DNA of 12,808 bases from a virus: the UHGV virus genome UHGV-1333727. One strand, 5' to 3'. Positions 1 to 7,260 of this stretch are shown in pieces. Numbering within the stretch: the first letter of the stretch is position 1; the number at the start of each line of letters is the position of its first letter. Under the pieces are notes generated by a model, which saw nothing but the letters and a program-made list of their open reading frames with translations, had not been told where the DNA came from and did not search any database. Both the position numbers and the translations under genes were made by a program.

Positions 1-138
1 CAAAAACGCTACGTGATACACGATGTGGCGCTCTTTGACCAACCACGATCTGCAAAAATCCAAAATTACCCACAAAACAACCTCACCGGCGAGCTAAAAC
101 ACGCATGGTGCTACGACTGCATATCTTTAGCGGTCTAG
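1..138 (+). CDS. possible 3' end of a CDS that starts upstream of the window (partial)
   Basis: Frame 1 is open from base 1 to TAG at 136-138 (45 sense codons, ...RYVIHDVALFDQPRSAKIQNYPQNNLTGELKHAWCYDCISLAV*); the other plus frames and all minus frames are closed by stops. No start is visible and an open stretch this short can occur by chance. Confidence 0.2.
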   Translation, partial: QKRYVIHDVALFDQPRSAKIQNYPQNNLTGELKHAWCYDCISLAV

Positions 139-171
139 CTCGTTATAGAGCGTTTTAGAGAGGATTTTAAA

Positions 172-273
172 ATGGACGGTAAACACGTTTTCGCCCTGGC
201 CTTTGCCATCGCTGCTGCAATCGCTGTTAACGTCGCTTTGTTCGGCGGTTGGTTCCTTCTTGTCAATCCATAA
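172..273 (+). CDS. small hydrophobic peptide, 33 aa (MDGKHVFALAFAIAAAIAVNVALFGGWFLLVNP), predicted single transmembrane helix
   Basis: ATG at 172 preceded by GAGAGGA about 7 nt upstream; stop TAA 271-273. Below the ORF-track size cut-off, found by manual translation. No homology check possible. Confidence 0.35.
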   Translation: MDGKHVFALAFAIAAAIAVNVALFGGWFLLVNP

Positions 274-440
274 CCTTCATACCAGTCTGTAAATCAAAAA
301 TTAGCCACCTGAAAGCGCCTCTGACGCAATAAGACACTGCAACCTGTGCAAACGGGTTACGCGGTGGGATTTTTGCGTTGTAGCGCGTTTTATTGATTGT
401 ATCTATGTAAAAGCAAATTACTAAATGCGAGGTATTAATA

Positions 441-2258
441 ATGTCTAGATATTTTATATCGATAAGAGGAAGTAAATTGTTTGCAAAAATTGATGAAGGA
501 ATGGTGTTTATGCGGAAGCGTAAATATCAAACGTGGAATCATTGGGGTAAAGAAAGCGAGTTTGTACGCATGGTGGCCGGTGGCTATTGGAAGGAAATAA
601 CAGCGGTGGAAGCTGGCGATATTCAGTACGCTGATTGCAGCCAGTGCGCGGAAAATTGGCCTGAACTGTTTGATTATCATCCTGATGGTTTTCTGATTAG
701 TAAGGTGACTAGGGGGCGTGGGAAATGTCGTATTAAACCAGGCGATATAATTCGCGGGTTTAAATGCAAAAAAGGCACTGATTATGAACGTTTGCAAATC
801 GGTGTAAAAGATCGCTATTATCAACTGCATCGCGTTGTGTGGGAAATGTTTAACGGCCCTATTCCTGATGGGTATGTAATAGAAAACGGCGATAATTCAT
901 GCGCGAAAATTGAAAACCTGAAATTAATATCACGCGGCGAAAGAGGCATAAAACGTAAGCCTTGGGGAAATAGCGGTATCAAGGGCGTTCTATGGAATAA
1001 GGCGAAAAATAAATGGGAAGCAACAATTAAAGTTAATACAATAAATCACGGCTTTGGTTATTTCGATAATATTAACGACGCAATAAAAGAGCGCATCAAC
1101 GGCGAAATTAGATACTACGGTAAGCAAATGAACCACTTCCCTGATTATATCTCACCAGAAGAAGCGGAGCGCATAAAACAGCGTTATTACAAGGGTGACG
1201 AAATGAAACAAGAAAGTAACACGGAACCGCATGAACATGAGTTACCGCGAGTATTCAAATTTCACGGTCATAATATTAGCGTTAATGACGCCGATGAAAT
1301 CAATCTGATGGATATTGCTGCGGCGTATGGTATTAATGAGGATGAATTACGCCACCGCATTGAAAGCTTGAATAAATTACCTGGCTATATTTATTGCACT
1401 GAACAATGTGACATGCAGATCAAAAAAGGATATGCACCGCTTGAGATCGCAGGAATGATCGTGGCACGGATAGGAGCGGAAAAGGACAGGGTTGATTTAT
1501 CAGTAGCTTTTCGCAAATTTAAAGACAACCCTATCAGCGCGGCTATTGCGCAGCAAACAGATAGCAAACAGGTGGGAGATCTTAAATGCCAGGTAAAAAC
1601 GCTGGAGGGACAAATCAAGGAATTACATGGAGTGCTCAACATAGCGAGAGAAGATCGCGACAGCTACCAACTCCGCGTTGATTATTGGAAACACCAATAC
1701 AGCAAGGCGAATAAGGCATTTGGTGACGAACAGGGTAAACGCCAGAAGCTAGAAAGTGAGCGCGACAATCTGGTTAAAACTAATTGCGAACTAAGACAAA
1801 AGGTCAACGCTGCAAATAACGACGACGCAAAAGCGAAAGCTGCGGCAGACAAACAAACAATCAACGACATTCGTACAGATCTGGCAGAAGCGAAGGAAAC
1901 AATCAAAGCGCAACAACAGGAGGCAAGCAACAAGGCTCTAGTTATCAAGGGCTATCAGCTTAAAGTGGCAGAACTTGAGGATGATAAACTGGAACTGCAA
2001 AATAATGTGAACATCTTACAATCTGGCTATAACCAACTATCAGACAGATATAACAAACTGATTGCTCGCAACATGCAACGCCGGGCAGCACAAAAACGGT
2101 ACATGGGCGACCTGAAACAGCGTCAACAGCGCAATCATGAACGTTATCGTAAGCTGATAATGGCATTGCAAGACAAAGTAAAAGAATTACTGTACCGGCT
2201 CGATAAAAAGCCAGAAGACGGATTCTTTAGCAAGGTTAAAGGTTTATTTCACCATTGA
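441..2258 (+). CDS. HNH-endonuclease-like / AP2 DNA-binding domain protein with long C-terminal coiled-coil region (605 aa)
   Basis: ATG 441 with GAGGT 8 nt upstream. The segment ...YYQLHRVVWEMFNGPIPDGYVIENGDNSCAKIENLKLISRGE resembles the phage HNH_3 motif; ...GIKGVLWNKAKNKWEATIKVNTINHGFGYFDNINDAIKERINGEIRYYG matches the AP2 domain pattern (GV.W.K...KW.A.I.....LG.F....A..AY). C-terminal ~230 aa are K/E/Q/A-rich with heptad-like periodicity. Confidence 0.85.
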   Translation: MSRYFISIRGSKLFAKIDEGMVFMRKRKYQTWNHWGKESEFVRMVAGGYWKEITAVEAGDIQYADCSQCAENWPELFDYHPDGFLISKVTRGRGKCRIKPGDIIRGFKCKKGTDYERLQIGVKDRYYQLHRVVWEMFNGPIPDGYVIENGDNSCAKIENLKLISRGERGIKRKPWGNSGIKGVLWNKAKNKWEATIKVNTINHGFGYFDNINDAIKERINGEIRYYGKQMNHFPDYISPEEAERIKQRYYKGDEMKQESNTEPHEHELPRVFKFHGHNISVNDADEINLMDIAAAYGINEDELRHRIESLNKLPGYIYCTEQCDMQIKKGYAPLEIAGMIVARIGAEKDRVDLSVAFRKFKDNPISAAIAQQTDSKQVGDLKCQVKTLEGQIKELHGVLNIAREDRDSYQLRVDYWKHQYSKANKAFGDEQGKRQKLESERDNLVKTNCELRQKVNAANNDDAKAKAAADKQTINDIRTDLAEAKETIKAQQQEASNKALVIKGYQLKVAELEDDKLELQNNVNILQSGYNQLSDRYNKLIARNMQRRAAQKRYMGDLKQRQQRNHERYRKLIMALQDKVKELLYRLDKKPEDGFFSKVKGLFHH

Positions 2259-2339
2259 AAGCATTAGAACCACGTCATTTATGGCGGGTGATGTCAATTT
2301 TCTTTGTGAATATATATTCAGTAAACCGGAGAAAATAAA

Positions 2340-3008
2340 ATGTCTGAATTAATGGCGCTTAATGGGGCGAACGAAGTATTAACAATGTCTTCTCGTGAGA
2401 TCGCCAAGCTAACTGGTAAACGGCACGATCACATATTGAGAGACATTGACGCCATTGCCCCAAATTTGGGGGAATCAAGCAAATCAGTAACTTACAAAGG
2501 ATACAACAATCAAACACAGAGGGAATGGCTTTTAACTAAGCGTGACTCTTTGCTGGTTGTATCTGGCTATAGCGTTGAGTTACGTGCTCGCATCATCGAC
2601 CGCTGGCAGGAACTTGAAAAACGGGTACAGCAAAACGCCCCTGCAATTCCTCAAACATTAAGCGAAGCGTTGCGCCTTGCTGCCGATCTTGCTGAGGAAA
2701 AAGAACGGCTTGCACTGGTTAATAAGGAACTTGCGCCAAAAGCGGCTGTATGTGACGCGATAGTCAAAAACGATATGCACCGAACGGCTTCAGAGGTTGC
2801 TAAACCGCTGGGAATGTCAGCCGTAAAATTAAACAGAAAACTTTCGGCTGTTGGTGTTTACGATCTTCGCTGTCGCCGCCGTGTATTTAGTCAGTGGTTT
2901 ATTGATGAGGGCTACGGTGAAATGAGGGTAACTCACGATGGATATGAGCAGGCTGTATTCACTGCTAAAGGACAAGTATGGATCACTGAGCTTTTAACTT
3001 GTAACTAA
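2340..3008 (+). CDS. phage antirepressor, Rha-family N-terminal domain plus KilAC-type C-terminal domain (222 aa)
   Basis: ATG 2340 with GGAGA upstream. N-terminal ...LTMSSREIAKLTGKRHDHILRDIDAI... is the characteristic Rha regulatory-protein signature; C-terminal region resembles antirepressor KilAC domains. Assignment by recalled family signatures, not by search. Confidence 0.88.
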   Translation: MSELMALNGANEVLTMSSREIAKLTGKRHDHILRDIDAIAPNLGESSKSVTYKGYNNQTQREWLLTKRDSLLVVSGYSVELRARIIDRWQELEKRVQQNAPAIPQTLSEALRLAADLAEEKERLALVNKELAPKAAVCDAIVKNDMHRTASEVAKPLGMSAVKLNRKLSAVGVYDLRCRRRVFSQWFIDEGYGEMRVTHDGYEQAVFTAKGQVWITELLTCN

Positions 3009-3042
3009 GTATACAATTTGTTATTCGTGAGGAAATGACACT

Positions 3043-4161
3043 ATGTCACAAAGAAAGATAAGCGATGAGCAATTGATCGCTGAATATAACAACGGTTTAA
3101 CGTATAAACAGATCGCTGAAAAATATTGCATGTCAAAACGCAACGTCGAGCGTCTGGGCGCAAAACTTGCGAAACGTGGTTTATTATCAACACGCCGCGC
3201 GCCTGGTTTTGGCGTCAATGGCGAGTCGTTGCTAGTCGATAAAAACGGCAATGTGATCATGCGCTGGATTAAAACAGCCCGTGACCGCGACGAAATGGAA
3301 CAGCTAATGGAAGCGGCCCGCGACGCTTTCACGGATGAGATACCACGCGCGGAGGCTGTGCCAGTGCCTGAAATTGATTTCCAAAAAAGCCTGGCCCTTT
3401 ATCCGGTATTCGATCTGCATATCGGGGCACTTGCTCACAAAGCAGAATGCGGCGAGAGCTACGACACTGGGATCGCTGAGCGCGTGTTAAATGACTTCTT
3501 TGACTACGCTGTGGGCGCCGCGCCGATGTCTGAAAAAGCCGTTTTGCTTCTCGGTGGCGACCTGCTTCACTCTGATGGAATGGTTCCTGTTACACCAACA
3601 AGCGGGCACATTCTTGATCAAGATAGTCGCTATGCAAAACTTGTCTATGTAGCGATCCGGTCGGTACGGCGGGCGGTCGGGAAGATGTTGTTAAATCATA
3701 AGGATGTAGAAATCCAGGTGTTATCCGGCAATCACGACCAGTCAGGAATGATCTGGCTACGTGCTGCGCTGGCAGCTTTTTACGAAGACGAACCGCGCGT
3801 AACTGTTGATGTGTCCCCTGCTATCGTCCACCACACGCAGTACGGCAAAACATTCCTCGCTTACCACCACGGGCACACTATCAAAAAGCCAGAAAATTTA
3901 TTGTCGGCTTGCGTATCTGACTGGCGGGAGGATTTCGGCAAGTCTGCGGCGGTTTACGCTCATTGCGGGCACTGGCATCATCAACGGCTGATTGAATCAT
4001 CGTTAGGCGTTGTTGAGTATCACGGCACGTTAGCGGGTAAAGACGCTTACTCAACTAATGGCGGCTGGCGGTCACGTCGTATGGCAGCGGTGATTATTTA
4101 CAGCCAGGATCATGGGGAGATCGGGCGCTTTGTTTATTACCCTGAATATTCCATTTTGTAA
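3043..4161 (+). CDS. HTH-domain protein fused to calcineurin-like (Mre11/SbcD-type) metallophosphoesterase core; putative replication-associated protein (372 aa)
   Basis: ATG 3043 with GAGGA upstream; stop 18 nt before the helicase start. N-terminus ...GLTYKQIAEKYCMSKRNVERLGAKLAKRGL is HTH-like. Ordered phosphoesterase motifs: FDLHIG (res 123-128), GGDLLH (171-176), GNHD (229-232), HHGH (275-278), GHWHH (309-313). Confidence 0.85.
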   Translation: MSQRKISDEQLIAEYNNGLTYKQIAEKYCMSKRNVERLGAKLAKRGLLSTRRAPGFGVNGESLLVDKNGNVIMRWIKTARDRDEMEQLMEAARDAFTDEIPRAEAVPVPEIDFQKSLALYPVFDLHIGALAHKAECGESYDTGIAERVLNDFFDYAVGAAPMSEKAVLLLGGDLLHSDGMVPVTPTSGHILDQDSRYAKLVYVAIRSVRRAVGKMLLNHKDVEIQVLSGNHDQSGMIWLRAALAAFYEDEPRVTVDVSPAIVHHTQYGKTFLAYHHGHTIKKPENLLSACVSDWREDFGKSAAVYAHCGHWHHQRLIESSLGVVEYHGTLAGKDAYSTNGGWRSRRMAAVIIYSQDHGEIGRFVYYPEYSIL

Positions 4162-4179
4162 ACCGGAGGTAATGACATA

Positions 4180-5595
4180 ATGGTAACTGAGCAAATAAAC
4201 TCACTACGGCAGGAACGTGAAGCGTCAGTTATCGGCGGGCTGCTGTTAGGCGGCCTCACTCCTAACGCGCAAGATGTTCTCGCCACTCTGGATCCTGAAG
4301 TGTTCACGAGCCCGCTTTACAAACGTGCGTTTGAGGTTATCCGGGCGCAAGCCAGAAACAGGAATCTTATCGACGCGTTATTGGTTGGCGATGAGATTGG
4401 CAATGAAAACTTTGTTCCTCTGATGCAAACGGCGCGATCGTGTCCTTCTGCCGCAAACCTGAAAGGATACGCACAGCTACTACGTGAAGAGCACCAGCGG
4501 CGGCAGATGTTGGAACTCATCGACGATATGCGCTACAAACTGGAAACGGGGACGCTTGAGGTCGTCAAAGAGACGATGAAAGATTTTGATTCCCGGTATT
4601 CAAAATTGAAGGTAACGAAAGATAAGATCATTCCGGTTCTGTTGCGCGATGCGGTACAGGAATATACGGATGTTTTAAGCAAGCGCATGGAATGCGGTGT
4701 CAATTCTGACAACATCAAAACAGGTATAGAACCACTCGACGAAATGTTGGGCGGCATTAACGCTACTGATTTGGTACTTCTCGCCGGACGCCCTGGGTCT
4801 GGTAAATCTGCGTTGGCGCTGACAATTGCCCGCGCAGCCGCTGAACGCCCTTACCCTGGTGGTAAAGAACAGCGGGTTGGCGTTTTGCTCTTCACGCTTG
4901 AAATGTCACTCGATCAGATGACTGAGCGTGCTATCGCTGGCGCTGGTAATTTATCAACTGACTGCCTGCGCAATCCGGTAAAACTTGATGATGAGGGTTG
5001 GGCGCATGTAGGCCAGGGGATGAGCGCACTTGCTAATCTTGAGGTGTGGATCGTTGACGCGTCGCAGTTGACGGTTGAGGAAATACGCGCAACAACGGAA
5101 CGCATGAAGCAGGAACACCCGAACCTGGGTATGGTAATGATTGACTACATCGGTCTAATGAAGCTGGCTAAGGCCGAACGTCACGATCTCGCTGTAGGGC
5201 AATTGTCATGGTCGTTGAAGATGATGGCGAAAGAATTGCGCGTACCAGTGTTGGCGCTGGCGCAATTATCCCGCCGCGTTGAGGAACGACCGAACAAGCG
5301 CCCGAATAATTCTGATCTGCGCGATTCCGGGAATCTTGAACAGGACGCAGACCGGATCATCATGGTCTATCGCGACGGGTACTATGATGAACAGTCTGTT
5401 GCCCGCGAATATATGGAGATCATTGTTTCGAAAAACCGTCACGGGAAAACGGGGACTGTTTACCAGCGATTTGACGACAACGGCAATATCCTCCCTTGCG
5501 ACCAGGCCCGCGCAGCGTCTGCATGTATTCAGTCGATGAATCATCGCACAAGTCGATTTAACCAACGAAACAACCAGAATAACGCATCCTTTTAA
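4180..5595 (+). CDS. replicative DNA helicase, DnaB family (phage type, 471 aa)
   Basis: ATG 4180 with GGAGG upstream. N-terminal ...EREASVIGGLLLGG... DnaB N-domain signature, Walker A GRPGSGKS, ...MVMIDYIGLM..., ...LAQLSR..., and DLRDSGNLEQDADRIIMVYRD (DnaB motif H4/arginine finger region). Confidence 0.95.
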   Translation: MVTEQINSLRQEREASVIGGLLLGGLTPNAQDVLATLDPEVFTSPLYKRAFEVIRAQARNRNLIDALLVGDEIGNENFVPLMQTARSCPSAANLKGYAQLLREEHQRRQMLELIDDMRYKLETGTLEVVKETMKDFDSRYSKLKVTKDKIIPVLLRDAVQEYTDVLSKRMECGVNSDNIKTGIEPLDEMLGGINATDLVLLAGRPGSGKSALALTIARAAAERPYPGGKEQRVGVLLFTLEMSLDQMTERAIAGAGNLSTDCLRNPVKLDDEGWAHVGQGMSALANLEVWIVDASQLTVEEIRATTERMKQEHPNLGMVMIDYIGLMKLAKAERHDLAVGQLSWSLKMMAKELRVPVLALAQLSRRVEERPNKRPNNSDLRDSGNLEQDADRIIMVYRDGYYDEQSVAREYMEIIVSKNRHGKTGTVYQRFDDNGNILPCDQARAASACIQSMNHRTSRFNQRNNQNNASF

Positions 5596-5615
5596 TTAAC
5601 TTGAGCAAACGGCTT

Positions 5616-5650
5616 ACCGGAAAGTTGACCGCTTTCTGGTGGCTGTTTTT
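5616..5650 (+). terminator. candidate intrinsic terminator/attenuator between helicase gene and nin-like operon
   Basis: ACCGGAAAG (5616-5624), loop TTGACCG, CTTTCTGGT (5632-5640, one G-U pair), then GGCTGTTTTTGTG. The U-tract is offset about 5 nt from the stem, so likely weak. Confidence 0.3.
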
Positions 5651-5674
5651 GTGCTTAAAACGAGGCGAAAAACA

Positions 5675-6232
5675 ATGAGCATTGAACTTGAAGCAAAAAT
5701 TATCAATATCCTTGAACTTGATGGCATCGACACAATGCACCAGTTACGCCAGAAAACAGGATTATCAGCGGAATATGACGAAGCCGGATGCTTACCTGAG
5801 ACAATTAAACACTTAATCGACACTGGTATTGTTGAGCGTGTATATACATATTTTGGACCGCGCCGCCGCTTGTTGGGGTATCGAATTAAATATTTGTATG
5901 CGCAACGGCGCGATCGTGTGGCGGCGTTATTTAGTGACTACAGCGTTAAAAAGCGTATGCGCGACATTAGCGCTGAAACGGGAATACCGTGGAATTATCT
6001 TTCTCGTACTATGCGTTTAATGGTGATTGATGAAACGCTTTGCGTTGATCCAAATAGGCACGGGGTTAATTTTTACTCACTGTTTAAACCTGGGCGATTC
6101 GGTCACGCTAATGATTTGGCGTTTGACTTTGACAGTCGTCTGAACGAATACCGGAAAAATAACGGCCTGCTACCGGATAAACCAGTATTTGAGATTGAAA
6201 AACTTAACGGCGAAACGGGGTTGGAATTATGA
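5675..6232 (+). CDS. hypothetical protein (185 aa), first gene of nin-like operon
   Basis: The ORF track starts at a GTG (5639) with no RBS; the ATG at 5675 has GAGG about 9 nt upstream and is preferred. Stop overlaps the next start (ATGA at 6229-6232). No recognisable motif. Confidence 0.75.
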   Translation: MSIELEAKIINILELDGIDTMHQLRQKTGLSAEYDEAGCLPETIKHLIDTGIVERVYTYFGPRRRLLGYRIKYLYAQRRDRVAALFSDYSVKKRMRDISAETGIPWNYLSRTMRLMVIDETLCVDPNRHGVNFYSLFKPGRFGHANDLAFDFDSRLNEYRKNNGLLPDKPVFEIEKLNGETGLEL

Positions 6233-6435
6233 GACGGGTAATTTTTTATTCAGTTGAAACGTTTGTTGACGAATCTCACTTTAAATTCGCATGCGATCCT
6301 TGCGGCACAATGGTTTATACGCCGCCACTAATGCGCAAGTATAAGCACGTAAAATTTAACCGGGCTTTTGTGCCGATTCGTTACGCTTTGCAGGCGTTGC
6401 GCGGTGAATTACGAAACACAATGCGGATTGTGTAA
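6229..6435 (+). CDS. hypothetical small protein (68 aa)
   Basis: ATG 6229 overlaps the upstream stop (ATGA), indicating translational coupling; contains a single CDPCG motif. Same-strand position inside the operon supports a real gene. Confidence 0.6.
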   Translation: MRRVIFYSVETFVDESHFKFACDPCGTMVYTPPLMRKYKHVKFNRAFVPIRYALQALRGELRNTMRIV

Positions 6436-6444
6436 GGGGCGACC

Positions 6445-6642
6445 ATGAATAGGGAATTAGATTTGACCGTGGAAGACTTAAGCACAATTGCGGAATACAT
6501 GCGCGGCGACGATCCTGATAAGCCTGTTGTTGTTGATATGAGGTACTTAAAAAGCGCTTTTATGACAAGCTCGCGCCTAATTTCTTTGCGGGCGATCATG
6601 TATGCGCGGGCACAGTGGAAAAATAGCAACGGTGTATCATGA
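6445..6642 (+). CDS. hypothetical small protein (65 aa)
   Basis: ATG 6445 with AAGGGG 5 nt upstream; its stop overlaps the ninB start (ATGA at 6639-6642). Confidence 0.6.
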   Translation: MNRELDLTVEDLSTIAEYMRGDDPDKPVVVDMRYLKSAFMTSSRLISLRAIMYARAQWKNSNGVS

Positions 6643-7070
6643 GGCAAATCAGATTTGAAATAGTAAACGACGCCGTAAAAGAAAACGCTATCAGGCAGAT
6701 AAGGGAGATCCAGCCTGATAGCAAAAGCCCGCTGGTAATTACCATCCAGGAGAAAACCCGCTCACTGAGTCAAAACAGCCTTTTATGGGCGCTATTAACA
6801 GACGTTAGCGATCAGGTTAATTGGTACGGTAAAAAGCTGTCACCGGAAGACTGGAAGGCGGTATTCACTGCCGGGCTTAAGAAATATGGCGTTGTCCCTA
6901 ATCTGGATAAATCCGGCTTTGTTGTGCTGGGAACGTCAACCAGCCGGATGAGTAAAACAGAATTTAGCGAATTAATTGAACTGATCTACTCGTTCGGCGC
7001 TGAACATAATGTTCAATGGTCTGGTGACACTAAGTTGAACGAGGAATTTATAAAACGCTGGGGGCAATAA
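6639..7070 (+). CDS. ninB: NinB-family recombination protein (lambda NinB/Orf homologue, 143 aa)
   Basis: Protein aligns by eye along its length with lambda NinB as recalled from memory: shared blocks ...VITIQE..RSL.QN.LW..L.DVS.QV.W.G..L..E.WK.VFTA.LK...VVPNL...GFVV.G.STSRM...EF.EL.ELI..FG.E..V.WS... Confidence 0.9.
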   Translation: MRQIRFEIVNDAVKENAIRQIREIQPDSKSPLVITIQEKTRSLSQNSLLWALLTDVSDQVNWYGKKLSPEDWKAVFTAGLKKYGVVPNLDKSGFVVLGTSTSRMSKTEFSELIELIYSFGAEHNVQWSGDTKLNEEFIKRWGQ

Positions 7071-7246
7071 TGGTTAGTTATTACATGGCTAAACCTACAG
7101 GCATTTTGTATAAGATTGATGGCGAATACGTTTATTATTTTCACAACCAGGCGCGTGATTGGCGATTGTGTCACGCGCACTTTAAGCACGAAATAGAAAA
7201 TCACCCTGAATATTTTATCAAAGTTGACAATGTAACTGTGGCGTAA
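7070..7246 (+). CDS. hypothetical small protein (58 aa, MVSYYMAKPTGILYKIDGEYVYYFHNQARDWRLCHAHFKHEIENHPEYFIKVDNVTVA)
   Basis: Found by manual translation (below ORF-track cut-off). ATG at 7070 overlaps the ninB stop (TAATG); stop TAA 7244-7246, 14 nt before the next gene's start. Confidence 0.5.
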   Translation: MVSYYMAKPTGILYKIDGEYVYYFHNQARDWRLCHAHFKHEIENHPEYFIKVDNVTVA

Positions 7247-7260
7247 TTGAGGATAAGCAA

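Noticed and set aside
435-830. 131-aa ORF on the minus strand
   Set aside because: Lies entirely antisense within the well-supported 605-aa HNH/AP2 gene, with no RBS; treated as a frame artefact.
1391-2166. Three minus-strand ORFs (83, 88 and 68 aa) inside the coiled-coil region of the 605-aa gene
   Set aside because: Antisense to a low-complexity coding region that generates open frames on the opposite strand; Cys/Ser/Ala-rich translations are typical artefacts.
3021-3332. 103-aa minus-strand ORF overlapping the start of the HTH-phosphoesterase gene
   Set aside because: Antisense overlap with a gene that has strong start signals and domain motifs; no independent support.
3043-4161. Identification of the metallophosphoesterase as a lambda NinI-type Ser/Thr protein phosphatase
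   Set aside because: Motif II reads GDLLH rather than the GDxxDRG of PPP-family phosphatases, the protein carries an N-terminal HTH, and it sits before the helicase rather than in the nin region.
4159-4182. Two-codon mini-ORF (ATG ACA TAA) between the phosphoesterase stop and the helicase start, overlapping the helicase ATG
   Set aside because: Too short to evaluate; most likely a by-product of the RBS/start context rather than a functional leader peptide.
5639-5674. GTG start at 5639 proposed by the ORF track for the 197-aa version of the first nin-like gene
   Set aside because: No Shine-Dalgarno precedes the GTG, and it would place the start inside the putative terminator hairpin; the ATG at 5675 with GAGG upstream is preferred.
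3806-5823. Several short ORFs on both strands overlapping the phosphoesterase and helicase genes (for example 3806..3991, 4317..4520, 5266..5565, 5614..5823)
   Set aside because: All are embedded in or antisense to genes with clear motif support (GNHD, Walker A and others); none has a convincing RBS.
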